Made by a program: the position numbers and the translations under genes
Notes under the pieces: model-generated
The model's database searches: none
The model's input: the letters and a program-made list of their open reading frames with translations, nothing else
Told to the model about the DNA's origin: nothing
DNA from: Nymphaea colorata
Taxonomy: Eukaryota
NCBI RefSeq assembly: GCF_008831285.2
Contig: NC_045138.2
Span: 41,354,001-41,418,000 of the forward strand
Reading direction: 5' to 3'
DNA: 64,000 nucleotides
Part shown: positions 27,501 through 40,112 of the stretch, piece after piece
Position numbering within the stretch: position 1 is the stretch's first letter
Layout: every line of letters starts with the position of its first letter

Positions 27501-29829
27501 TTTTCCATGTATTGAATACAAAGAATTAGGAATTAGAAAGTTGTTAAAATTTACTTATTTTGAATTTGGCAGACTCATTTTGAACTCTGTTTCAATTTTT
27601 TTTTGTTTTTTTGCATAGTTATGTGTTTGGGTGACATGGCAACACAAGAAGATGAGAAGCTTGTTAGTAGTATCTTTGGATCTGTTGGCAAGATATGGAC
27701 TGCTGACGAGAAACTTCTTGATGGGGTCACTGGACTAAGGTGTGCCATTAAGCTGAGTGTTTGTTGATGCGATTAAGTCTTTGCTAAGAAATATGGTTCC
27801 TTATTATGATCTAGTAATTCCATGAAGTTTTATTTTCGTGCTATTCCTTTTACTGTGATTCTACTTTGTGTGCTACTGGCTTCATTTTGCTCATTTACAG
27901 TGGTAGTGGCCCTGCATATATATTTCTTGCTATAGAGGCTATGGCTGATGGAGGAGTTGCAGCTGGTCTACCCCGTGAACTTGCTTTATCCTTAGCTTCC
28001 CAAACGGTATGGTGATATATGGTTTAATTTGCACAGCTCATTTTATTGCATGAATTATCCATTTCTGTGTTGACAACCACAGTTGTTCGCTTGTGTCCTC
28101 AATGTTGAGATTGATTGTCCATTTTTAGCTGAGACAAGTACAGTTTTTTGTCATCACTGTTCGCTATCATGTTGTGTCAGTTCAATTTAGTAAATATCAT
28201 GTTTTTAGGGATTTCTCCATTATTCTGTTAGTGGCCAACATTAATTGTTTTACTCTTGACATGTACGTTGCTGTTTGAATTGATATAAGATCATAAGAGG
28301 CAGTATCAACAGTTGGTTTCCTGGTTTATTTTCCTGAAGCAGGAAAAGTACCAAATTTAAATGGATAAGTTTTATGTAGATGCATGGCAGACAGAACAGT
28401 AAACTATACCTATATTGTATTGAAATCCCAACAAGTACCTTTTATGGTTTGCTGGTGAGCTTATCAGATTGTTCTACATGAATTTTGTGCTTTTAGTGCA
28501 AGCGTTGGAGCATCTTCAGCTATATCTATTTTCCTTTTCTTTTCCACAAAGTGAGGGTTAGGCAGATCCTGCCAATTGATTAAAAATAGTAAACTACAAG
28601 CAGACGCATTAAACCTCCACATCAAATGGAAACTGACTAGACACAAAGACTACAGTACTTGGGAACCACAACGTACATGAACATGATGAAATTTAAATAT
28701 CAAGTCTAATATTGACTGAATCCACAAACCCCAAGCATTCTGTTACCTTCAAGAGGGAAAGTTAAAATGCTGACCACATTTTTCTAGAAGACTCGAGTCT
28801 GGTGCATTTTAAAAGTCTACAAAGACTACCAGCACTAATCTGCAGCATGGAAAACTCTGTGGTGTCTCGTAGAATAATTTCACATGCCAGATGTGTGTAG
28901 TAGGTAAGCCAGGTACAGTTGAGTTTATTTGAGGGGCCATCTTAGTTTATGTATCCACTTATTATTGGATTCAATGATCTTTGCCAAGGTGATTGATGAA
29001 CTCAACCGTCTAAACGAGTTGAAGTAATGAATACACTATTTCTGGAGGATTGATTTGGTTACTAGAAAAATAGTATTAGTATGCATTTCCACAGACTAAA
29101 TGATTAGTTGAAACTTGGAAGGTAGCTACTCTACATTTAATGACGGTATGGTGGAGTTTACTTTTACCCTATTCAGTTCAACTAGTTTTAACAGGGCCAT
29201 GTGGAATTTCTTAATAAGCAGGAGGCAGGTACATTTAACACCTGCCTCCTTTCAAACAAGAAAACTTTCTTCCACATTCATTCAGAAATTGAACAAGTGA
29301 AGAAAATCTTTGGCCAAGAGTCGACTGCATGACGTAACACCCAGTTTCTGACAAATAAAATCTCAATTTTGCGTTAAGTATGAGCAAGGACTCAGCAACT
29401 GCAAATTATAGAACAAAGGCAGCCATTGGTAAATAACTATGGCAGCAGGCTTGCTGCTGATAGAAGTTGATGCATTCCAATCCCCAAAAAACAAATCGAA
29501 AATCATAATCTGTTTGATCTTACCGTATCTGTGTAAGAATCTGAAGGGCTTGAAGGGTGGAAAGTTTTCCTGTTACATTTTGTCAATAACGGGGTTATCC
29601 GGGGGAAGGTTTCTCTGAGTTGAATTTGTTACTTCCTCCGCAGGTACTGGGAGCAGGAGCGCTGGCTATTGAGAAGGGAGACCACCCAGGCCAGCTCAAA
29701 GATGAGGTAGCATCACCAGCTGGGACTACTATAGCCGGGATCTGCGAACTAGAGAAAGGCGGGTTTCGGGGGTTATTGATTTCTGCTGTAACTGCCGCGG
29801 CAAAGCGGAGCCAGGAGCTATCAAATTGA
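22656..29829 (+). CDS. P5CR: Pyrroline-5-carboxylate reductase, 7 exons
   Basis: Exons 22656-22847, 24248-24296, 26129-26220, 26698-26770, 27619-27739, 27901-28006, 29644-29829. Motifs: [12 protein letters not shown] (Rossmann), [44 protein letters not shown]. Confidence 0.96.
25447..25753. repeat. Tandem duplication, 2 x ~154 bp, in P5CR intron 2
   Basis: Units start at 25447 and 25601 with GCTGAGTGCTTCTGTTGGGGGTGGGTCAG; a few mismatches. Confidence 0.9.
25856..26093. repeat. Tandem duplication, 2 x 119 bp, apparently identical, in P5CR intron 2
   Basis: Units 25856-25974 and 25975-26093 (CTGTCTGTTGAATAAAGG...CTATATAAGTGAC). Confidence 0.93.
28439..29324 (-). pseudogene. Antisense multi-exon gene relic nested in P5CR intron 6
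   Basis: Blocks 29324-28917 ([27 protein letters not shown]..., many stops), 28839-28747 ([30 protein letters not shown]) and 28568-28439 ([23 protein letters not shown]...). Each has a GCAG acceptor and a GT donor; the 77- and 178-nt introns are phase 0. Confidence 0.55.
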
Positions 29830-30420
29830 CGATGAGATCTTTGCGGATTTTGGCACAAATAGCTGTAGTAAGTTGTGTCTCTAGGTCTTAGCTAGGCACC
29901 CACTCTAAGGGTAGTAAGTTGTCTCTAGGTCTTAGCTAGGTCTTTAACTATCATCTTGGGCGGCAATAAATTCTGCGTTTTATTTGCAACGTATATTATG
30001 CTGGACAACTGAATGGAGAAATCTTTTGCAGTTCACAATTCTGAGAGCGACCTTGCCATTGTTGTATGGGATTCCGGAAAAGAGAGATAAAAGGTGCCTA
30101 CAGTTGCCATTCTCTCCTTGTGGTTGGCCATATGTTAGTTCTAAGTTAATTCAATCAAAATTATGGGAAGAACAGACAAAGAAAACCTCGACGGCATTTA
30201 TTCCGATATGAGACTTGAGATGCATCATCGTATGAAGCACATGGTGAGACAAATTTTAGAGAGTTTGAAGTCTAATGAATCCGTGTTTGATTCATCGCCT
30301 CTACTGAGGTTGCACAGGGCTAAGAAACCCCCTAAAGGCCCATTGGAGTGGGTTTCCATTAGAGAAAGATTGTTCTTAATGACCCTTGAATGTGCTTTTA
30401 AGAGCAATAATCGTTTCCCA

Positions 30421-30826
30421 AACTGCCAAACTGACTTGAACTTGTTCATCAAGACCTGACCTGACTTGAACTCCACTTGTTTATAAATGAGTTGAGTTCG
30501 AGTTCAAATATATGCTTGAAATGGTAAACAAGTTGAGTTCTAGTTTTAAAAACTCGGCTTGGCTTGATTATATAATGAACTTTGAATTATAATAAAATGG
30601 TAGTTTAATGAATAGCAATTAACTGAGTTAAAATAAAATAAGACATGCTTAACATAAACTAGTTAAAGGAATCGAGTTTGACCTTGACGTAGTATCATCG
30701 AGTCGAGGTTGAAGTTGTATTATTGAGTCAAGCTTGAGCTTGTTCCATCGAGCTCAACTCGAGTTCGAGCTTGAGTTTTTTGAGTCGAGATGAGCCTGAG
30801 CTAGACTCGGCTTGTATGCAGCCCTA
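30421..30826. mobile_element. Degenerate non-autonomous DNA element rich in (C/T)GAG(C/T) motifs, hAT-like
   Basis: Dense GAGCT/GAGTT/TCGAG motifs at both ends; right terminus TGCAGCCCTA. Left boundary uncertain. Confidence 0.5.
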
Positions 30827-30888
30827 TTGGCAGGAGGTAGATCTACCTCCACAAGAAGTCATGGCCATAAGAATCATACTCTCGCTGC

Positions 30889-31268
30889 TAGGAACAAATC
30901 CAATTCAAATCAGATATACTATAAAACATTTCCCTTTTTTCGGATATTCAAATTCAAATATGAATGAAAAAGTCATATCCGTATCCAAAACCTGATTTTA
31001 TAATCCGAATATGCTTCAAATCTGATTTTTACATTCATATCTGATCTAAATTCAAATTTTCAAATGTACGAGCATTGGATGTAAGCTATTTATTTAAAAC
31101 TAAATCCGACCCGAGATATTAATATATATTTGAATTCAATCGGAGTCATTTCCTACATCCAAACCCGATTTAATTTCTTAATGGAATAAATATATTTTTT
31201 TCATATCCAATTTCTTCATAAAAGTTTGATAGAATATTTTATTGAAATTGGATATATTAACATCCCTA
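30889..31268. mobile_element. MITE (TAGGG-ended, ATCCGA-rich family), copy 1
   Basis: Ends GATATATTAACATCCCTA; its reverse complement aligns with 42045-42491, including an internal block TTAGTTTTAAA.AAATA...CCAAT.CTC.TACATTT. Confidence 0.7.
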
Positions 31269-32906
31269 TGTGAATCAAACCATTGAATTCAGAATATGGT
31301 CTAGGGCAGCTTCACCCGTTATGGGTGTCACAGTGGCTCTCTATTTGCAGTATTCCCATCTATAATGTTGGAGATTTATAATTCTTTGTTCTGGATGGTA
31401 TTCATTAAGTTGGGTTCATAACGGATAAGTCCTAACTTTCAATAAAAAAAAAGTCACTCAGGATTCATATTTCTAGATTATATTGGAAATAAAGTTTGAA
31501 AGGAATGGAATATCCGCAAAAACTTTCAACATTTCCAATATTTGTCCTACGATTACTTTGGGCCAAAGAAACGGCCTCCTTTGTTACAAAAGTTTGATAT
31601 GTTTCCTAGAGACTGCAAACTTTATTACATAGAGAGACTGCTTCCTTTATTACATAGGTTGGCATGTTCCTCTCTCTGGATTGAGTTGCGCTGTCATGGG
31701 CACACAACCTACATACAGAGAAAGAATACGAGATATTTCAGTAATTTAAAAAATATGTCTTTTATAATCTTTTTATTTTTATTTTTATTTTCAAAAAAGT
31801 TTTCTTTTTTAAATTTCATGCACCAGTATAACACATATAATTAAGTTTGTCCTCCATTTCGCTCTCACTTCGTTGTAAGAAGAAGAAAGGTGGAGGATTA
31901 AGTCTTCTTGTTTATAATATCAATGATTTTTGAATGAGTACTTTCTTTCCCTAAAATCTCACTTTAAAAATTGTTTTACAGCCATCTAGTTCAAGGTAAT
32001 TGAAAGTGGATCTGCCCCGAACCCGCAGTTGGGCTCTCGACGATCTCCGAGATGGACGATCCACAAAGCTTGTTCTTATCCAAGATATATGAGGTTTCAC
32101 CTGATGCGGTCGCCCCTCTTGACGACAGGACTCCGATCGCTCTGAGTGGCCGAAGACGGGAACAAATAAAATGAGAGAGAGGGAGAATGGGCGTCGAGAA
32201 AGGAAGAGTGAAAGGGGGTGTTTTAATTGTTTTTCCTCTATTTTTCCCGGATTTTCCCCCCTTTTCCTAGGGTTGAGGGTAAAGGGTTTTAGCCGCTCGG
32301 AGATATTTGACTTCTCTGTGTTCCTTAATCTTGTCGTGAGTTCCTCGACCGAATCCTGATCTTCGTCTTTCCCTCTCTTCCTCTTCTGTTGTTGTGTCGT
32401 TCTATCTTCTTTCACGGAACGATTTCTTCTACTTAAGGGCGCTTTGTCTGTTGTTAATTTGCGTTTTCTCACCCTTCTCTCTTTGTGTATGTTTGTGTGT
32501 GCACGTAGATTCTGTTTCTTTGTGGGGGAAAGGGAGCTGTGCGTGTCATTGAGAGATGGGGTATTGAGAACGATCCCCATTTTGGATGAGGTACGCTTCC
32601 TTCTTTTCTTGAGCTTGTGGTTCTTCGCGTTTGAGAAAAATAATGTCCCAAGCTTTGTGGTTCACTATAGAAAGTATGATGTCTGAATAAGTATTGCCTC
32701 ATTTCACCTCTTGGTGCAGAAAATTTGTGTGCAGAGAAGCTCCCAAGATCCTGAATGCTGAATTTTGTGCATCTTTGGCCTAAATTCCTCGTTCTGTTGC
32801 CATGTTTTTAGGTCTCTGTGTGCTTCCGGCGTTCTTAGGAATGCTGGTCTTACGTGATTCTCGTTTTATTGTTGTTTGATTGTTGGCGGAGTTATTTACC
32901 GAAACA

Positions 32907-35462
32907 ATGGCCACGAACAAGTCGTTGGTCTGCATCGTTCAGTTTGGTGGTTCGTTTATTAAGAATATCGATGGGACCTTGACGTATGAGGGTGGAGAGG
33001 CGCACCTCGTAGATGTCGATCAGAATATGTCGTTTGATCAGTTAAAATCTGAAGTGTCGGAGATGTATGAGATCGACATGTCTAATTTAGCCTTCAAGTA
33101 CATGCTCCCGGCCAACAAGCGTACTCTCATTACAATTTCGAACGATAAAGATTTGAAACGGATGGTTGATATTCAACAAAGTTCGCCGTCCCCGGAAATT
33201 TTTATTGTGGCCAAAGAACGGATTGCTCTCAATGCGCTCATGCCACTTCCTCTTGCCGCGGCCGACGTGAATGCGACTCCAAGCAGGTAGATTTTGGCCT
33301 CGCTGCCTCCGGAAATTTTATTGGCACTTAATTCCTGAAATGTATAAAAGGATGACAAGTTGACTCCTTCAATTTGCAGGGCAAGTACAAACTCTATAAT
33401 CGAGTCTTCCACAGCCATGGTTTGTCTTGATGAGAAACCTAACAGGTTGAGTGCTTATTGGGAGAATGCTATAACTGGTGTGGGTCAAACATTTAAGGAT
33501 GCACATGCATTTCGTGACACTTTGCGCAAGTATGCAATAGCAAGGTGCTTTGCGTATAAGTTTGTTCAGAATGATCGAAGCCGGATTACTGCCAAGTGCA
33601 AGGCTGAGGGATGTCCTTGGCGAGTACATGCTTCTAAAGCTTCAGGAAAGACCATTAAGATCAAAGTCCTCAAAGACGTACACACATGCAAGAAAGATGA
33701 GGCAGCAACAGCTAGTCGTCCTATTGTGACAAAGTATGTTGTTGCTGATTTGATAAAACATAAGCTTCGGGACAGTCCAGACTGTAGCCCAGCAGATATT
33801 GTTAATGAAATTGAGCGGGATTATGGGTTGAAGTTGAAGTATTCACAGGCTTGGCGTGCTAAGGAGATTGTTAAGGAGCAACTCCTTGGTAAGGACGTCG
33901 ATTCTTACAAGGAGTTGCCAAGATACTGCGAGAAAATTCCAAGGACCAACCCAGGCAGTATTGCGACGTTGTTGACTACAGGTGAAGGGAGATTTCATCG
34001 CCTTTTTATATCTTTTCGTGCATCTCTTCATGGCTTTGAGCATGGATGTCGGCCATTGCTCTTTTTAGATAGTACTTCTGTAAAACTGAAATATGGAGAT
34101 GTTCTGCTGGTTGCATCATCAATCGATGCAAATGATGGGACTTTTCCAATTGCATTTGCCATAGTAGAACAAGAGGCCTATGAAAGCTGGAAATGGTTTC
34201 TTCTCCAGCTGAAGTCTGGATTGTCATCTCCTCGCCAGATAACGTTTGTCTCAGATATGAAGAAGGGTCTAAAAGAGGCTGTTCGGGAGGTGTTCAACAA
34301 CAGTAACCATGCGTATTCTGTTGCTTGCTTGATAAAGAACTTACTGATGGAAGTCAAGGGTACATGGTCGAAGGCAGTTAAGGAAGTGTTATCTGAAATA
34401 ATATATAAAGCTGCCAAAACATGCAAGAGTGAAGAATTTGATGCTTGTGTTGAAAGCATAAGGTCCATATCCCCTGATGCTGGTGCATGGATAACTGGCT
34501 TGGATCCTTCATGTTGGACAAATTTACAATTCAAAGGGTCACGTTATGACCAAGTGTCGTCAAATGTTGCAGAAACCTTTGATAGTTGGTCCACAAAGGC
34601 TTCTGACTTGCCTGTCCTTAAATTCGTGGACAACATAAGACACAAAATAGCTGAATTGATTCTTCAGCGTGCAAGGGAGTCTGCATCATGGTTTTCAGCA
34701 CTTGCACCTAAAGCTGAGGAGAAGCTCCAAAAGGAAATAGAGTATGCTCCTTCACTATCTGTATCAGTTTGTTCTCAGTTGACATTCGAGGTCACTGATG
34801 ACCATGTTAATGTTGTCAACCTTGAAAAGAGGGAATGTTCATGTCTGAGCTGGAAGGTGACGGGTTTGCCATGCCGACATGCCATTGCATCGCTTCATCG
34901 GATTGGCAGAAACCCTTATGATTATTGTGAACGATATTACACAGTGTCTTGTTATAACCAAACATATACGGAGGCTATCAACCCAGTTATGAATGTGGAT
35001 TCCATCATACATCGTAAGCCAAAAATTGCAGCAGTTTCTGCTTCTCGTCAAAAGGTAGATCTTCCGAGGGCTCGTCGTCCGCCTGGCCGCCCCAGGAAAA
35101 GGCGAATTGAGGTGCAAGAAGTGGTGAAGAAGACCACTTACTGTAGTAGATGCAAGGGACCAGGTCATAACAAGAAGACGTGCAAGGCAGCCATTGGAAA
35201 ACTTCCAGGTGATGAGGATGAAAAGCTTCTGGAACTTCCAGACCTTGACGATGAAAAACTTCCAGATGCTGATGATGATAAACTTCCACTCCCAGACATC
35301 GATGATAAAGTTCTTGATGATGATGAACTTCCAGATGATGACGTTAAGCTTCCAGATGTTGATGATAGGCTTGATGACCATGATACTGAAAGACTTCCAA
35401 ATGATGTGGATAAACTTCCTGATATTGATCTTGACGATGATAAACTTCCAGATGATAACTGA
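32907..35462 (+). CDS. PB1 + MuDR + MULE transposase + SWIM + CCHC protein (MUSTANG-B-like), copy A, 820 aa, acidic repeat tail
   Basis: Exons 32907-33286 and 33380-35462 with a 93-nt phase-2 GT-AG intron. PB1 (GGEAH, FKYMLPANKRTLITISNDKDL), MuDR (CKAEGCPWRVHA..HTC), MULE (FLD, VSD, NVAE), SWIM CSCLSWKVTGLPCRH, RPPGRPRKRR, CSRCKGPGHNKKTC. No TIRs seen. Confidence 0.92.
35199..35459 (+). repeat. Coding degenerate tandem repeat (GATGATAAACTTCCA-like) encoding DDDKLP-type units
   Basis: 87 codons, 33 Asp + 6 Glu and 10 Leu-Pro pairs by manual count. Confidence 0.9.
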
Positions 35463-36842
35463 AATGTATTGAATTGGCTTGTTTCTTATCTTCCTTTGAC
35501 TGTGCCATTTCTTTCTGTGCGTGTAATATGTGCCTGGGCTTGAAACACCAGCCAGCTGATATGTGTAATGATTACTGAATGTCACCCATCTTCCTTTTTA
35601 GTTGTGCAATTTTTTTCTTCGTCTAGCATCTGTATAATCGTTCATTAGGTTTAGTTGCTTATATCAGTAAACTGTTTTGCTAAGCGAAGAAATCAGCAAA
35701 AATGGAGACGCACAAAAGCACACGAGTGCATGCATACATGCACTAATCTCCTTCACGCGAGTGCACGCACAAAGGCGCCACTCTCCTTTGACATTTCTAT
35801 GCATGAATCGATAACACAACTGTAGAAGCCAGCAGTGTCGTAAATATCAGTCCATCTTGACTCGAATTGTCTGTGGTTTCAATTAGATTCAGGGAGGAGG
35901 TTTTCCAAAATTGCCCACTTCAAGGAAGGAGTGGTTTTGACGATATTTTTTTATTTTTAAAAGAAAAATTTACTCAAAAGCGGCGAACTTTTGGTGTTAT
36001 AACAAAAACATGCTCTAAGTTCGAATTTCTTTCATTTTACTGTGTCTCTTGCATGTAATCGAGGGCAGAGCGTCTTACAGTCTCTCTTGCATGCAATTGG
36101 GGTTAGACCAGGCTGTTTGTTATCCTTTTGACTTGCGATTGTGCAAAGAACATAACACCCAAGTGTAAAAGGTTTGAAATATAAGCTTATATTGTTTAAT
36201 CTTAAAAGATTGAGAATGGTTTTTGTAAGTTTCTGATTTTCAAAGGCATATTTGGGTCATCCTAACACTTCTATTCGACTCTTACAGACGGAACCTTATT
36301 GGGCATTGCAATAAAGAAAATATTTTCAATTTGATTAAAAAAATCTAATAAAAAGTTGATATAAGTATAAGAGAGCACGTGATTTTGTTGAGTGGTTTTC
36401 AATGACAGATAGCCAAACGCAGTACCTTGGTAACCAATAGATTAAAAAAATGTCATTTTTGTGACCATATTAATAAAATAAATGAAATATTTTTGACATT
36501 CCTTGGAAGCAACAAAATGCAATAAAAAATGTATACTATGTTGCTGTCATCAAATCTAACTTTTGTTCAATAGTTTTAATTTATTTAACTAAGTACTCAT
36601 AGCAATTAATAAACATATGAGTCGAGGCGTGAAAATTGAAATAAATTTATCCTAATAGAACACGCAAGTATGAAATGCTACAAATATTTTAAAAGATGCA
36701 ATGTTTCGATTTAAATAAATTAAGTTAGATTAATTTGGGTGAAAGATATCGCGCCTGGTTCTAGTCAAAATATCGGCGATTTTTTCACCAAAAGGAGGGT
36801 CGTGATATACGGTTGGAATCTCGTTTGGACTCGGCTCTGTGG

Positions 36843-37025
36843 GTGACGTCGTCCAGGGATAAATTCGTCATTTCGGATTTATATAAATAAGAAAACGGAA
36901 ACAGAAAAACGTCGAAAAGACGAAAATCTTTTTCCCAACTCTTGCTCTCGTCACCTTTTGTTTTGGGAAGCTTGATTAGGGTTAGGGTTTCCTTTTCTGG
37001 ATTGGGTTTTTCTGGATTGGGTTTC
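36843..37025 (+). promoter_or_regulatory. Probable core promoter / 5' leader of MUSTANG-like copy B
   Basis: GTGACGTC at 36843, TATATAAATA near 36880, telo-box-like TTAGGGTTAGGGTTT near 36976-36990, followed by a likely 5'UTR intron. TSS not known. Confidence 0.45.
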
Positions 37026-37841
37026 AATCCAATGTGCTGAAATTGACTATGAAAGTACGGACTTCTAGGCGTCAGCGGTCTTCTTCTGCCTCTCGATTAA
37101 CGTTTCAGGGAGAGATCTTTCACCATAGAGAAGCGTCGCCAGCACCTGTTCTGTGGTATGTTGTCCGAATCGGTCTCGTTCTTTTTTCTTTTATTTCCTT
37201 TTTCCAACTCTTATTTTAGTTAGGGTCCACTGTGAAACTCTAAATTATGTCTTGAGTATGCCGTTCTTCCTCCCTTTCCTCCTTAACCTTCGGTTCTTAG
37301 TTGTTCTCACTCCGTTTATTGATCCATCGAAAGAACGGGGTTCATGATTTTTTGTTTGCCTGGGCGTACTTCAGTTGCCGAAATAATGAATTTGGGTAGC
37401 GCCCGTGAACCAAATTTTCCGCAGTACCCTTTCTCTTGAAGTTAGTATTCGATGATCTACCAATTATGGATCTGTTCACCGAATTAAATTCTTGAGTATT
37501 TTCTCGCAATCCTTGCCATTGGTTACAGAATTATTTTGTATTTTCGAGGTGCCATCAGGAAGTCCTGAATTATATTTAACTTTCTTCTTCTTATTTTGGA
37601 AGTGTTTATCATCTGGGTTTTCATGAGCTCCGTGCATTTCCGTGCTGTCATCAAAGTTGACAAGTCTATTGAATGCCTGCAATCTTAAAATCTCCCAAAT
37701 GCATCTTAAGCATTAATCAAGTATGATTGGTTCCTTGCTTCAAATTTCGCAAGCGTTTTCTGCTTATCTTTAGTGGTGTGTTTGGATGTTCACGTGAATC
37801 TTGATTTCAGTAATTTGATTAGTGCAAGGATTTGATCCACC

Positions 37842-40112
37842 ATGGATAGTGAGAAACCTCTGGTCTGTGTGGTCTATCTTGGTGGCTCGCTTGTGAGTGA
37901 CAAGGATGGTTCCTTATCTTACACTGGCGGAGAAGCCCATCTAACAGATGTTGACCGTGAGACCACATTTGAGCGGTTTAAATCTGAGATAGCTGAGATG
38001 CATGGCGGCGACATCTCTGGTTTGGCCTTCAAATATGCTCTACCAAGCAATAAACGGACTCTCATCACGATCTCAAATGACAAGGATTTGAAGCGGATGG
38101 TTGACATTAACCGCGATAATTCATCACCAGAAATCTATGTATTGGCAAAGGGTAGTGGCCCTCTGGTCCCTGTCAATGAGACCAAAACATTCCAAGCAGG
38201 TACCATTCTACCCTTGCAGATCTAATAGTCATTGGTTCAGTGCAGGTAAACATTTTGTAATGTATGTGAAACATTTTTGTGCAGGACAAGTACTAATTCT
38301 ATAATAGAGTCATCAACACCTATTGCATGCAATGGTGATAGGCTGAACAAGTTGAGTGTTTTGTGGGAGAATTCCATTACCGGTGTAGGTCAGTTGTTCA
38401 AGGATGCACTTGAATTTCGTGAAGCATTACGTAAATATGCCATTGCAAAGAATTTTGGTTACAAGTTTGTTCAAAATGACCGTAGGCGTGTGACTGCTAA
38501 GTGCAAAGGTGAAGGGTGTTCATGGCGAATACATGGTTCCAGGGTTTCCACGACAAAAATTATTAAAATAAGAGTTTTCAAGGATGTGCATACATGTGAA
38601 AGAAATGTTGAAACACAGAGTCATCCACATGTGACCAGGTTCTGGATTGCAAATGTGATTAAAAAGAAGGTTCAAGAAGATCCAGATTATAAAGTTTCAG
38701 ATATTGTGAAAGATATCTACCAGGATTATGGTTTGAAACTTAACTATTCACAGGCTTGGCGTGGTAAGGAGACAGCAAGGGAGCAACTTCTTGGCAAGGA
38801 CATAGATTTTTATAAGCAATTGCCTCGTTACTGTGAAAAGCTGATTGATACCAACCCAGGTAGCATTGCTACATTGGCTACTACGGCTGAAGAGCGTTTC
38901 CATCGTCTTTTTGTATCATTTCATGCATGTATTTCTGGATTTGAACATGGCTGCCGGCCGTTGATTTTCCTTGATGGTACCATACTGAAGTCAAAGTATG
39001 GAGGGACTCTCTTTGTTGCTGCTTCTGTTGATGCAAATGATGATATCTTTCCTGTTGCATTTGCTGTGGTTGGACAAGAAGACTATGATAATTGGCACTG
39101 GTTCCTTCTTCAATTGAAATCTGCATTATCAACTTCTCGTCTGCTGACATTTGTATCAGATAGGCACAAGGGATTACAAGAAGCTGTGCCAGAAGTGTTT
39201 GAAAACTGTGATCATGCCTTTTGCTTGCGGTATTTAACAAGAAACTTGAAGAAGGAAATGATGGCAGCATACTCTAAAGAGGTTAAAGATGTGCTAGTTG
39301 AATTAATCTTTGGTGCTGCTAGAGCAAGCAGGACCGATGAATTTCATGCTTGCCTGGAGAGCATAAGATCTGTGTCACCTGAGGCAGCTGCCTGGATCAT
39401 GGGTGTGGATCCTTCACGGTGGGCAAATTTATACTTCAGGGGATCACGTTACAATCAAATGGCAACAAATGTGATAGAGTTCATCGATAGTTGGATATCA
39501 AAGGCATGTGATTTCCCAGTGCTTAAGCTAGTGGAGGTTATGCGTTGTGAGATAACAGAGCTATTTCGTACGCGTTTGGAGAATTCTACTAAATGGAATA
39601 CCAGTCTCACTCCTAAAGCTGAAGAGAAATTGCACAAGGAGATGGATCGTGCTCCTTTGCTTTCTGTGTCTGTTTCCTCTGCCACGGTGTTTGAAGTGAT
39701 TGATGATCATATTAACAAAGTTGACCTTGAAAGATGGGAATGCTCGTGCCTCAACTGGAAACTTATGGGTTTGCCCTGTAGGCATGCTATTGCAGCTCTT
39801 AATTGCATTGGCCAAAGTGCTTATGAGTTTTGTGAGAGATATTTCACGTCTGATTGTTATAGGTTGACTTATTCAGAGACCATCAACCCTGTTCTTGACA
39901 TCGACTCCATAAGTTCCACTACAAATATGGAGATGGTAGTTGATTCATATCCAAATGTTGAGCTTCCTAAGACCCGTCGTTTGCGTGGACGTCCTAGGAA
40001 AAGGCGATTAGAATCACAAGAAATTGAAAAAAGGACACTTCTTTGCAGTAAATGCAAGGGGCCTGGTCACAACAAAACTACATGTAAAGCATATGCACTG
40101 ACGACTACCTGA
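37842..40112 (+). CDS. PB1 + MuDR + MULE transposase + SWIM + CCHC protein (MUSTANG-B-like), copy B; splice-phase conflict
   Basis: PB1 exon 37842-38199 and an uninterrupted ORF ending at 40112 (FLDGT, VSDRHKG, HAFCLRYL, TNVIE, CSCLNWKLMGLPCRH, CSKCKGPGHNKTTC). The donor is phase 1 but the homologous acceptor (38284) needs phase 2; an AG ending at 38307 would restore the frame. Confidence 0.85.

Noticed and set aside
31951..32580. 209-aa basic minus-strand ORF
   Set aside because: Antisense of the CT-rich 5' leader of copy A; low complexity, no domain.
34839..35585. 248-aa minus-strand ORF with IIWKF repeats
   Set aside because: Antisense shadow of the DDDKLP-coding repeat; no independent evidence.
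32907..40112. Active autonomous MULE transposons
   Set aside because: No TIRs or 9-bp TSD found, CxxH altered, and PB1 fusion fits domesticated MUSTANG-B genes.
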